This document shows, piece by piece, positions 19,653 to 27,369 of a stretch of 33,551 bases of DNA. A program made the position numbers and the translations under genes. A model generated the notes under the pieces. The model ran no database searches and was not told the origin of the DNA. It was given only the letters and a program-made list of their open reading frames with translations. The number at the start of each line of letters is the position of its first letter. The first letter of the stretch is position 1. Source of the stretch: Verrucomicrobiales bacterium (GTDB taxonomy: Bacteria; Verrucomicrobiota; Verrucomicrobiia; Verrucomicrobiales; V1-33). The stretch spans positions 1-33,551 of the forward strand of contig JANOAV010000027.1 in NCBI GenBank assembly GCA_031411295.1, given 5' to 3'.

Positions 19653-19685
19653 CCGTGCGGAATAAGGTGGCAGGCTGTTTATTTA
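19653..19685 (+). repeat. Imperfect inverted repeat, left arm
   Basis: ccgtgcggaataaggtggcaggctgtttattta versus the reverse complement of 20563-20594, ccgtgcgcacaacgtggcaggctctttattaa. Confidence 0.65.
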
Positions 19686-19825
19686 GCTCCAAACTCGGGG
19701 TTAGTCGTAGATGTAATAGCCATACCCACGGGGAACGATTTTCATCTGGTAATCTGGTGCGTAGATTGGCAGCGTATGGAGATCATCTCCAAAGACAAGC
19801 CCCTCGCCATACCAAGCAGTGAAAC

Positions 19826-20203
19826 TCATTTGGAAAACTCCTTCACCCAGCCAACAGAATCCACTGCGCCCATCGGTTGATAATAAAACATCCGTTTTTT
19901 CATTATTCGTTTTGCCACATATTCGAGCTGCTGTTGGGGGAATATTCCTTTGCGCGTAGATTTTATAAAAATGGCCTCACAGGGGGTGGTGTTGATTTCT
20001 CTTATTACATCATCTAACGCAGTGTATCTCCTGCCATTTAGACTCCACTCAGCGCGCCCTTCAGGAAGCCAATCAGCATCGTTCCGTTCAATGCTCAGGG
20101 CGGATTTTGGAATTGTTGATTCCCTCACGTTTCTCACCACCAACTTCGAGGGAGCGCATGATGAGATGAGGATGAAACAGGAAATTCTGTAGGTAGCTTT
20201 CAT
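19826..20203 (-). CDS. Small putative lipoprotein
   Basis: MKATYRISCFILISSC lipobox-like start, AT-rich, downstream of repeat copy B. Confidence 0.65.
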   Translation of the reverse strand: MKATYRISCFILISSCAPSKLVVRNVRESTIPKSALSIERNDADWLPEGRAEWSLNGRRYTALDDVIREINTTPCEAIFIKSTRKGIFPQQQLEYVAKRIMKKRMFYYQPMGAVDSVGWVKEFSK

Positions 20204-20279
20204 GTCTTGCGGCACAATCAGTAATCTAAAATCTAAATGGTTTTTCCGAAAAAGGAATCAGTGATCCACTACGGCAATA

Positions 20280-20395
20280 GCCATCCTACTCCCCAGAACG
20301 ATTGCGTCGATGGAAACTTTGCAGCGCACGGCCTCTGTGCCACTTGAGCCCGGCCATGGTCTGGCGGATGGAACGGCAGAAGGGTCTTCCACTGG
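20280..20395 (-). repeat. Dispersed promoter-bearing repeat, copy B
   Basis: Near-identical to copy C over about 100 bp. Confidence 0.92.
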
Positions 20396-20412
20396 TGTTG
20401 GGATCGTTGGCC

Positions 20413-20515
20413 TCTTCTATCCCATCCGGGATGCGGACAGGTGGCCCAAAATAACCGGGGATATCGCTCGACGCTCAACATCCCGGCTAATCGCTGCGTC
20501 CCCCCTACCGGGGAC
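20413..20515 (-). repeat. REP/MITE-like palindromic element
   Basis: Minus strand gtccccggtagg..gac / attagccggg..tccccgg / gcatcccggatgggat; same layout as 20698-20801 and 28424-28517. Confidence 0.65.
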
Positions 20516-20562
20516 AAACGCCGTCTGCGGTTTTGGTCGAAGGCATCTCTCAATCGGAACCT

Positions 20563-20594
20563 TTAATAAAGAGCCTGCCACGTTGTGCGCACGG
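20563..20594 (-). repeat. Imperfect inverted repeat, right arm
   Basis: Partner of 19653-19685. Confidence 0.65.
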
Positions 20595-20697
20595 AGACAA
20601 CAGAACGCGCACCGAAGCCGCCAGTGGCTCGGAAACGCCGCGTGCGTCCCTCCGTCCCAGTTTAAATGGTTGACGTAACCGAGCGCATCGGTTTGAC

Positions 20698-20801
20698 GCC
20701 CCAGCAGGGCAGCAGAAATTAGCCAGGGATGCAGGGAGGCACGAGCGGAATCCCTGGACCCCATTCAAAAAAAACAAAGCGTCCCGGTAGGGACGCGAGA
20801 A
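20698..20801 (+). repeat. REP/MITE-like palindromic element
   Basis: gccccagcagggc / aaattagccaggga..tccctgg / gcgtcccggtagggacgc hairpins. Confidence 0.65.
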
Positions 20802-21009
20802 AAGGCATCCTCAGCCAGTTCAGTTGGACCGAAAATGTAGTCTCATTTCCCGTTGTCATCATCCGCCAGAATCCACGCGCCTTTGCGCGTAAATCGACAA
20901 TAACGTTGACGAACACGCGCCTCTGCGGCTAAATCCGAGCAAAATTCCACTATGAAATCACTCCCCCGCGCCAAAACCGGCAAATCTGTCGCCTCTAAAG
21001 AAGCTCGGC

Positions 21010-21047
21010 CACAATCGACACTTCTGTCGGTGATCAATTAGTTAGAC
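21010..21047 (+). other. Integron core site, candidate attI
   Basis: GTTAGAC (21041-21047) fits GTTRRRY and is the exact complement of GTCTAAC in the downstream attC. It is not preceded by a recognisable attC hairpin. Confidence 0.55.
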
Positions 21048-21053
21048 AGAGAA

Positions 21054-21527
21054 ATGAAGAAGAGGAAGACAGCCCTTATCGTGTTCTCCGCACTGGTGGT
21101 AGCGTTGGGAGCGACCGCAATAATTTTTCGTCCTAGTCCTCCCAGCATTCCTCAATTCGATAGAGCTCTTTTCAGTCCTCTAACGCCTGAAGGAGTCCAG
21201 ATCATGGAGATTAGCGAGAGCGATCTAGCTCAAATCAGCTCTATCCTCAAATCAACGAAGAGAGATTTATTTCCCATGAAGTGGGCATATTTAGGCACGC
21301 TCCAACTTAGAAAGAACGGAACAACGGTTTCGACAATAGAGATTTTCACGAATCCTGGTGGGCCAGGTCCACTCCGAACTTCGGAGGAAGATTATTTAGG
21401 CTATGATCAGGAAGCCTTCCGGAACATTCTGAACCGTGCAGTATTGATGAGCGACCAAACATCAGATCAGCAATCAAGGTCGTCTAACAAGTCGGAGATG
21501 GCGATGCCGAGGAAGCCGTCTGATTAA
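21054..21527 (+). CDS. Integron cassette gene, membrane-anchored hypothetical protein
   Basis: Starts 6 nt after the core site. The last residues (SNKSEMAMPRKPSD) are read through the attC. Confidence 0.8.
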   Translation: MKKRKTALIVFSALVVALGATAIIFRPSPPSIPQFDRALFSPLTPEGVQIMEISESDLAQISSILKSTKRDLFPMKWAYLGTLQLRKNGTTVSTIEIFTNPGGPGPLRTSEEDYLGYDQEAFRNILNRAVLMSDQTSDQQSRSSNKSEMAMPRKPSD

Positions 21528-21569
21528 ATTCGGGCTTTTCATCGGCGCCCCATTCCTCTATCGTTCGCC
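21482..21569 (+). other. attC recombination site (88 bp)
   Basis: R'' GTCTAAC, 5-nt spacer, L'' GGAGATGG pairing with L' CCATTCC with one extra base, inner arms gccga/tcggc and aagcc/ggctt, R' GTTCGCC. Confidence 0.85.
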
Positions 21570-21590
21570 CAACCCCACACGACACCTGTC

Positions 21591-22091
21591 ATGATGCGAA
21601 TCCTTCTGTTGCTCACCTCGTTTGCGTTGTGCGGCTGTCGTGTTCAAGAGGCGCAACCTACTCGTTCATCGGCCACGGACACAGGCACCCGACTGATTCG
21701 TATCACCGAGGAAGCCCATGGACTCGTTTCCTCACCGGGGTCATGCCTCGTGGCGGAGATCCGAGGTGACAGCCCTGCAGATCGTGCATTTATTGATCGC
21801 CTTTGGGAGCAGCACCAGGCTTCATTTCCAGAGGACCAGCGAATTAATTATGGTCCAGATAGCAGGTTCACACAGATTGAACTTGTTCGTGGCCCAGACA
21901 GGATCGTTGTCGGCTCATGGCATACAGCAGAGCAGACATCACCTCAGCTTTTTGCGAGTCACAGTGGGCTTGGCACATTGGGTAGCCGCACCCGCCCCGA
22001 GGCTCTTGCCGCCGAGCCAGAGGCATACAGACGATTCCGCTCTTCCTTCGATGCAATTGTGGATGCAGTCACCACTCACAAGAAACCATGA
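21591..22091 (+). CDS. Second cassette gene, putative lipoprotein, attC missing
   Basis: Follows R' GTTCGCC; lipobox ALCGC; no GGCGAAC inverse core after the stop. Confidence 0.75.
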   Translation: MMRILLLLTSFALCGCRVQEAQPTRSSATDTGTRLIRITEEAHGLVSSPGSCLVAEIRGDSPADRAFIDRLWEQHQASFPEDQRINYGPDSRFTQIELVRGPDRIVVGSWHTAEQTSPQLFASHSGLGTLGSRTRPEALAAEPEAYRRFRSSFDAIVDAVTTHKKP

Positions 22092-22119
22092 TTTGTAGCC
22101 TATACGAGCAACCAAGGGC

Positions 22120-22260
22120 GTGAGTGGTTTAAAATTACCGCGCCATCCTACTCCCCAGAACGATTGCGTCGATAGAAACTTTGCAGCCCACGGCCTCTGT
22201 GCCACTTGAGCCCGGCCATGGTCTGGCGGATGGAATGGCAGTAGAACCTCCCTGCTGCTG
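22120..22260 (-). repeat. Dispersed promoter-bearing repeat, copy C (longest)
   Basis: Contains minus-strand TCGACG (22167-22172), 16 bp spacer, TAGGAT (22145-22150). Confidence 0.92.
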
Positions 22261-22332
22261 TTTCCGGGCGACCCCGTTCGCACCCTCGTGAGGTAGAAAA
22301 TTTGCATTCGACGGGAGCAAAAGGGCTACTCT

Positions 22333-22872
22333 TCAGGGCGCATATTTCTGAACATCAACTCCCCGCAAAGCTATTTCTCGAATGGCGTCAGGGCATTGAC
22401 CTGTCATAATAGCCTTCAAGTCTTTCTCACCAAGTAGTGCGTCAGGCGGTGGGAACGCAATCCAGAGATTGAAGGAGTCGGTTTCATCCAGAAATTTCAG
22501 GCGGACTACCGCCAACTGGTCCTGGATTTCAAGTTTGAAAGAAAAACCGTTATTACCCTGCTCGTCCTCAGCAAGTGATAGCGCAAGATTTGGATTGATT
22601 TCCATTACTTCAATGTTTTTTATTTTGGCGAAAATTGCAGCTAATGCCCCAGCATTCTTGGCGTGGGACATGTGTTTAGTGACAATTTCCTGAAAAATCT
22701 TGTGCCGGGTCAGGCTTGACGGGAGCGATTCATCCAGTGCATGAACCGAACTCTGCAAATCATCGGTTACTTGATGCGTCGGCCCTGAAGTTCCGTTATT
22801 CGGACGACAAGACAAATTTATGACAAGAAGAAGCGTCGTGGCGGTGGTTAATTTAATCATAAACTCTGTCAT
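22333..22872 (-). CDS. Putative lipoprotein
   Basis: LLLVINLSC lipobox, AT-rich. Confidence 0.7.
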   Translation of the reverse strand: MTEFMIKLTTATTLLLVINLSCRPNNGTSGPTHQVTDDLQSSVHALDESLPSSLTRHKIFQEIVTKHMSHAKNAGALAAIFAKIKNIEVMEINPNLALSLAEDEQGNNGFSFKLEIQDQLAVVRLKFLDETDSFNLWIAFPPPDALLGEKDLKAIMTGQCPDAIREIALRGVDVQKYAP

Positions 22873-22888
22873 TGTGTGTAGGGGGCAT

Positions 22889-23653
22889 CTACATATTCCC
22901 CAGGGTTTTTACGTCAACAAACCAGGCACCATGCAAGAACCAAACTTCTCCGGCAATGCTGCTCCCGCCCAACGGGCTTGAGACAAGAGCTATTCGAAAC
23001 GGTCTTTTCAATTCAGGATGCTCCAAATCAAGGTCAATCGTAATAGATAGAACCGCACGCGTGTTCTGGTCTAAATTGCGGTCGGCACAGTCCTCTAGTT
23101 GTATCCTTGTCAGGAATTCTGTGGCGCAGAGATCAAATGGGTGTGTTTTGAAATTCGCCAGGTAATTTTGAAGTTTAAATCTGCTGCACAATTCTTCGAT
23201 CAGCGTGGTGTAGTTTGGGCTGAACCCAGGTGATAATTTAGCTGCGTTGCTCAAATTGGCCGAGTTGTGGATCGGTAGTAATCCATTGGGATCGCGATGT
23301 GTTTTGGAAGCACCGTATTTCAGCAACAGATCAACAGAGTCAACGTCTTCAGCCAAGACTGCCAAACCCAACGCAGAATCTATCTCTTCGATATGATTGG
23401 CCGAGGCAATCGCATCCGGTATCACGAGCGTATCATTTGGCGAGATACCACTTTTGAGGATAGCTTCCAACTTAACTTTGTCTCGGTCGAGGAGCGCGGA
23501 TAGGATATCAGCACCGGTCTCGTGAGTTGGAGCGCCACCTTTTTGCTTCGTGAATTCCTTCTGGCCAGAACTCAAATGAAGCCATCCGGCTAAGAGTCCC
23601 GAAATTGACACGCCAATGACTGTAACCATCCTAAGTAGTCGAGGTATTTTCAT
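22889..23653 (-). CDS. Ankyrin-repeat exported protein
   Basis: LEAILKSGISPN, SALGLAVLAEDVDSVDLLLKYGA, NGLLPIHNS; N-terminal TM or signal. Confidence 0.75.
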   Translation of the reverse strand: MKIPRLLRMVTVIGVSISGLLAGWLHLSSGQKEFTKQKGGAPTHETGADILSALLDRDKVKLEAILKSGISPNDTLVIPDAIASANHIEEIDSALGLAVLAEDVDSVDLLLKYGASKTHRDPNGLLPIHNSANLSNAAKLSPGFSPNYTTLIEELCSRFKLQNYLANFKTHPFDLCATEFLTRIQLEDCADRNLDQNTRAVLSITIDLDLEHPELKRPFRIALVSSPLGGSSIAGEVWFLHGAWFVDVKTLGNM

Positions 23654-23662
23654 TGAGGCGAT

Positions 23663-24289
23663 TCATTTCTCCGTTTTTGACACCTGTAGGTTTTCCATGG
23701 CAATCATCACTAAACTAGCGAGTAACTCGGTGCTTCTACGGCCACCAGTGCACATAACCGTCCCCCAACCTTTCTCAAAACGGTAAATAAAACTTGATGG
23801 ATCAATCCCTAAATTTGAAAGACTGGCTTTTATGCTAGCTATCTCATCTCCTTCCTTCACTTTGAAGAATTGACGGGTTTTTTGATTTAAAGGCAAAAGG
23901 TATAATTTTGAATGTTCGCTCTCGGAATGGTCACCGTGTATTTCCACAACCCCATCAACAAATCTAAATGTATTTGAGTAGCAGATTCCCAATTGACTCA
24001 AAACCTGTGATAAAGTTACATCCTTCAATTCCAGTTCGATTATGGATACTTCATTGAGATTTGTTGGATCCATTAACACAAAACCTTTGAATCCTGACGA
24101 TAATTTTGCGTTTTTTGCGATTGCATCATCGTGAAGCAGCTTCAGCGCTTCTTTCAAGGTTTTATTTTTGAGTGAGAAGACTGGAATGCGAGCACTCAAA
24201 ACGTCCTCGTAAGTGGGTGTTTCGGCAAAGCTTAGCTGTCTGGCTAGAAACAAAAATAATAGAAGTGTCAGGCGTATTTGAGTGCTCAT
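23663..24289 (-). CDS. Exported protein with STN/secretin-N-like domain
   Basis: Signal peptide; IPVFSLKNKTLKEALKLL and IELELKDVTLSQVLSQL patterns. Confidence 0.65.
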   Translation of the reverse strand: MSTQIRLTLLLFLFLARQLSFAETPTYEDVLSARIPVFSLKNKTLKEALKLLHDDAIAKNAKLSSGFKGFVLMDPTNLNEVSIIELELKDVTLSQVLSQLGICYSNTFRFVDGVVEIHGDHSESEHSKLYLLPLNQKTRQFFKVKEGDEIASIKASLSNLGIDPSSFIYRFEKGWGTVMCTGGRRSTELLASLVMIAMENLQVSKTEK

Positions 24290-24345
24290 CTTAAAAATTC
24301 TAAATGATGGTGAATGCAGTTCGTAAGCTCGCTTATTCCGGGAAC

Positions 24346-24478
24346 GGTTTAAAATTACCGGGCCATCCTACTCCCCAAAACATTTACGTCGATAGAAACT
24401 TTGCAGCGCACGGTCCCTGTGCCACTTGAGTCCGGCCATGGTCTGGCGGATGGAATGGAAGTAGGTCTTTTGCTGCTA
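24346..24478 (-). repeat. Dispersed promoter-bearing repeat, copy D (most diverged)
   Basis: Same element with substitutions in the promoter spacer and hairpin loop; ends 56 bp upstream of ATG 24289. Confidence 0.9.
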
Positions 24479-24553
24479 CGAGGCTCGGCTTTTTCCGCCG
24501 GACTCCAGCGGCTGTTCCTTTCGTGTTGAACTAGCATGTTCCTGCTCGGCTAT

Positions 24554-24630
24554 GGCTCCCGGCTGGGGACAGCCGGGACACTTTCTTCACTTTCTTGGGA
24601 ACGTGTGCCGACTGTCCTCAGTCGGCAGCA
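24554..24630. repeat. Inverted REP-like hairpin doublet
   Basis: Minus strand GTG-tcccggctg-tccc-cagccggga-GC and plus strand GTG-tgccgactg-tcct-cagtcggca-GC. Confidence 0.7.
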
Positions 24631-24899
24631 ACCCGCAGCCAACACGCTCTGGAAGATTGCGGGAAAGATTTACGATTAACGAATGATCCGTTCTCCGTAG
24701 CAAGACTGCGAAGGATGAACGAACTACGATTTACGAAGTGGATGGACCAGAGATATCCGGAATCGATTTTCTATAACATTATTTTCAACGGGAAACTCAA
24801 ACCACCATGCCCTTGGCCCCCCTTCCTCCCCGCCTCGGGTGTCCTACTCCGCCGTGCTCCGCGGCTAGCTCCAAGCACTCTTCAATGCAGCCACGAACT

Positions 24900-25685
24900 T
24901 CACACCTCCAAGCGCAGCCCATCATAAGCCACGCGGATGTGGGGCGGCAGGGTGGCCTCGAATTCGGCGTGGCCCAGGTCGTGGCAGAGGTGGGTGAAAT
25001 AGGCGCGTTGCGGCTGGGCGGCGGCCACGGCGGCCAGCGATTCCTCCACGATGAAGTGGGTGTAAATGGGCCGATGCCGCAGGCAGTCCACGACCAATGT
25101 TTCCACGCCGTGGATGAGTTCCATGGTGGCGGGGGGAATCACTTTCACATCGCTGATGTAGGCCAGCCGTTTGCGGCCGGCCCGACTAAAGAGGAAGCCG
25201 ATGGTGTCCACCTTGGCGTGTTCGACCGGGAGCGGGGTGACCTCGGTTTCCCCCACCCAGAAGGGGCCGTCAATGACCCGGGGCATCGGTTTGAAGTAGC
25301 CCAGATACCGATTGGTTCCATCGAAGGCGAAGGCGAACGCCGTTTGCAGCGCCTCCAGCGTGGGTTGGGTGGCATAGACCGGCAGAGCAGCATCCTCCCC
25401 GAACGTGAACCGCCGCAGGTCATCGAATCCCATGATGTGATCCGTGTGGGCATGGGAAATGAGCACGGCATCCAAGTGGGAAATTTTGTTGCGCAGACAT
25501 TGGTGACGGAAATCCGGGCCGGTGTCCACCACCCACGAAGCCTCCGGAGTTTGCAGGAAAACGGAAGAGCGGTCGCGTCGGTCTCGGGGATCCTCCGAGG
25601 TGCAGACCGGGCAATCGCACCCAATCATCGGCACCCCCACCGAAGTGCCCGTGCCAAGGAACGTCAGTTGGAAATCCGGCATCAT
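24900..25685 (-). CDS. phnP: MBL-fold metallohydrolase, PhnP family
   Basis: FLGTGTSVGVPMIGCDCPVC, VDTGPDFR, SHAHTDHIMGFDD, THLCH, VAYDGL. Confidence 0.9.
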   Translation of the reverse strand: MMPDFQLTFLGTGTSVGVPMIGCDCPVCTSEDPRDRRDRSSVFLQTPEASWVVDTGPDFRHQCLRNKISHLDAVLISHAHTDHIMGFDDLRRFTFGEDAALPVYATQPTLEALQTAFAFAFDGTNRYLGYFKPMPRVIDGPFWVGETEVTPLPVEHAKVDTIGFLFSRAGRKRLAYISDVKVIPPATMELIHGVETLVVDCLRHRPIYTHFIVEESLAAVAAAQPQRAYFTHLCHDLGHAEFEATLPPHIRVAYDGLRLEV

Positions 25686-26278
25686 GAAGGCTCCGAGACG
25701 TCGGGTGATGATGCCTCAGGCGTTGCGGGGGACTTACGACCAGATTTCGCCACCGTTTCCTCTGGATCTGGCCACCACATATTAATCAGCATGCCCAAGC
25801 CCCCGACGACAAATAGTAAGGGAAACCAAATCGAATAGAGGGCACCCTTATTATCGCGCACCAGAATGACATCCTTCGGATCATCCGGGTTCACATAGCA
25901 AACCGCGCCCTGGCCGGCGGGATATTTCCCCACCAATTCTTGCGCCAGCGCTTTGTCTTTAAATTTCAGGCCGGCCACGCGTTTGATTTTGTCGGACATG
26001 ATCGATACGTCCTCTTGAATAAAGGTGTATTTAATGACCGGAACGTAGGTGGTGGGGGAGTCTAGCGAGAAGCGCTCCTCCTCGATCTTGGAGGAGGCGA
26101 CGAGACACGGAATTTCCGCCCACCGATACGTTTCCGCCGCCCGCTGGTAGGACTGCCACATCTGATACGTGAAAAATCCCCCGGCTGCTGCCAGCACGAG
26201 TCCAATGACGGAAAGGAATAAGCGGGCGCCAATACTGGCGCGCTGGGGGGCAGGGGGAGAGGGGAAATTGGCAGACAT
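25682..26278 (-). CDS. DUF3592-like membrane protein
   Basis: TM helix, W...C.V..S, Y.P.IKYTF, YPAGQGAVCYVNPDDP, second TM helix. Confidence 0.8.
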   Translation of the reverse strand: MSANFPSPPAPQRASIGARLFLSVIGLVLAAAGGFFTYQMWQSYQRAAETYRWAEIPCLVASSKIEEERFSLDSPTTYVPVIKYTFIQEDVSIMSDKIKRVAGLKFKDKALAQELVGKYPAGQGAVCYVNPDDPKDVILVRDNKGALYSIWFPLLFVVGGLGMLINMWWPDPEETVAKSGRKSPATPEASSPDVSEPS

Positions 26279-26496
26279 GGCGGGCGGGAGGTGAAGGCAC
26301 CCATACGCAAAATGCAGCGCAAAACAACCTCAAAGCGCGGCCATCGTCCCCCCGCCCCGGAATTAAATTTTCGCTCCCCTCGCAGTGAGAGTTTGCGGAA
26401 TGGCCAGAACCGGGCTTTGTTGCGCCGCCGATTCCCCCGGCGGTCGCAGCCGCCGGATATCACAGCTAATCGGATCACCATCGCAACTATTTTCAC

Positions 26497-27297
26497 ATGA
26501 AGAACAAACCCAGCCTCGCCTACCAGCGCAAGCGCCCCCGATTCAAATCCAACAAACCCGTAGGCATGTCAAAGCCCGCAGGTGCCGCTGGCGGTGCGCC
26601 CAACGACTCGGATGACGAGGACAATGATACCCCTACCTCTATGGAAGCCAGAACTCAGGAAGCAGAAGCCGCCTATCAATTCGCGGATCAAGACGCCCCA
26701 GAATCCCCACCACCAGCCCACGCCCCCGAACCTCGGGAGCCGCGGGAAAACCGGGACCAACGCGAACCCCGTGAACAACGTGACCCCCGCCCAGCCCGGG
26801 AACCCCGGGAAAATCAGCCCGCCCCATCGGCTGATGGCGCGGAACAAGCCGGAGATGCCACCTCCACCGACCCCGCCGCCATGCGTCGGGAACAGGAACG
26901 GATGCGGCGCGATCAGGAACGTGACCGTCGGGAAAATGAGCGCAAAGAGCGTGACCGCCGGGAAAACGAACGTCGCGACCAGCAAAAGCGTGAGCAAGAT
27001 CGTCGCGAGCGTGAGCGGATCATGGAAATGCGCAGCCTCGACGTGGACAGCATTTGTAACAAGGCGTGGGACATCTACTCCGCCGAAGTGAAGGAAGAAG
27101 GCGTGGAACTCTTCCCGGACAACGATGCCCGGGAACTCTGCAAACGCAGTTTCCGTCTGGCCGAAATCTTCCTGCTGGAGGAAGCCCGCCTGCGCAAACT
27201 GCGCAATGAGCCGCTCCCAGAACTCGCTCCCGAGCCCACCTCGGCCCCAGAACCCGCCGCCCCAGCACCCGCTGAGGAGCAGACCATGGGCGAGTAA
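26497..27297 (+). CDS. Hypothetical protein with RE/RD-rich low-complexity region and small C-terminal helical domain
   Basis: Host-like codon use; followed by an intrinsic terminator. Confidence 0.75.
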   Translation: MKNKPSLAYQRKRPRFKSNKPVGMSKPAGAAGGAPNDSDDEDNDTPTSMEARTQEAEAAYQFADQDAPESPPPAHAPEPREPRENRDQREPREQRDPRPAREPRENQPAPSADGAEQAGDATSTDPAAMRREQERMRRDQERDRRENERKERDRRENERRDQQKREQDRRERERIMEMRSLDVDSICNKAWDIYSAEVKEEGVELFPDNDARELCKRSFRLAEIFLLEEARLRKLRNEPLPELAPEPTSAPEPAAPAPAEEQTMGE

Positions 27298-27319
27298 ATC
27301 GAATCCACTTCCGACCGCA

Positions 27320-27358
27320 GGGGAGGAGCTTTCCCGGAAGCTCCTCCCTTTGTGTTTT
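27320..27358 (+). terminator. Intrinsic terminator
   Basis: gggaggagctt / aagctcctccc 11-bp stem followed by tttgtgtttt. Confidence 0.8.
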
Positions 27359-27369
27359 TCCCCCTGCGC

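Larger units (their letters stand above)
11770..24800. mobile_element. Accessory island between gdhA and the PhnP-like gene
   Basis: Many visibly AT-richer orphan genes, dispersed repeats, an attC site and a gene fragment. No integrase seen; boundaries approximate. Confidence 0.6.

Noticed and set aside
20600..20632. attC-like half site ACAGAAC-5-CCGAAGCC..GGCTCGG
   Set aside because: Too short and lacks a GTT R' box.
20417..21037. Possible intI integrase remnant upstream of the core site
   Set aside because: No tyrosine-recombinase motifs in the ORF-track translations; much of the region is REP-like sequence.
24807..25838. 343-aa ORF antisense to the PhnP-like gene
   Set aside because: Shadow ORF.
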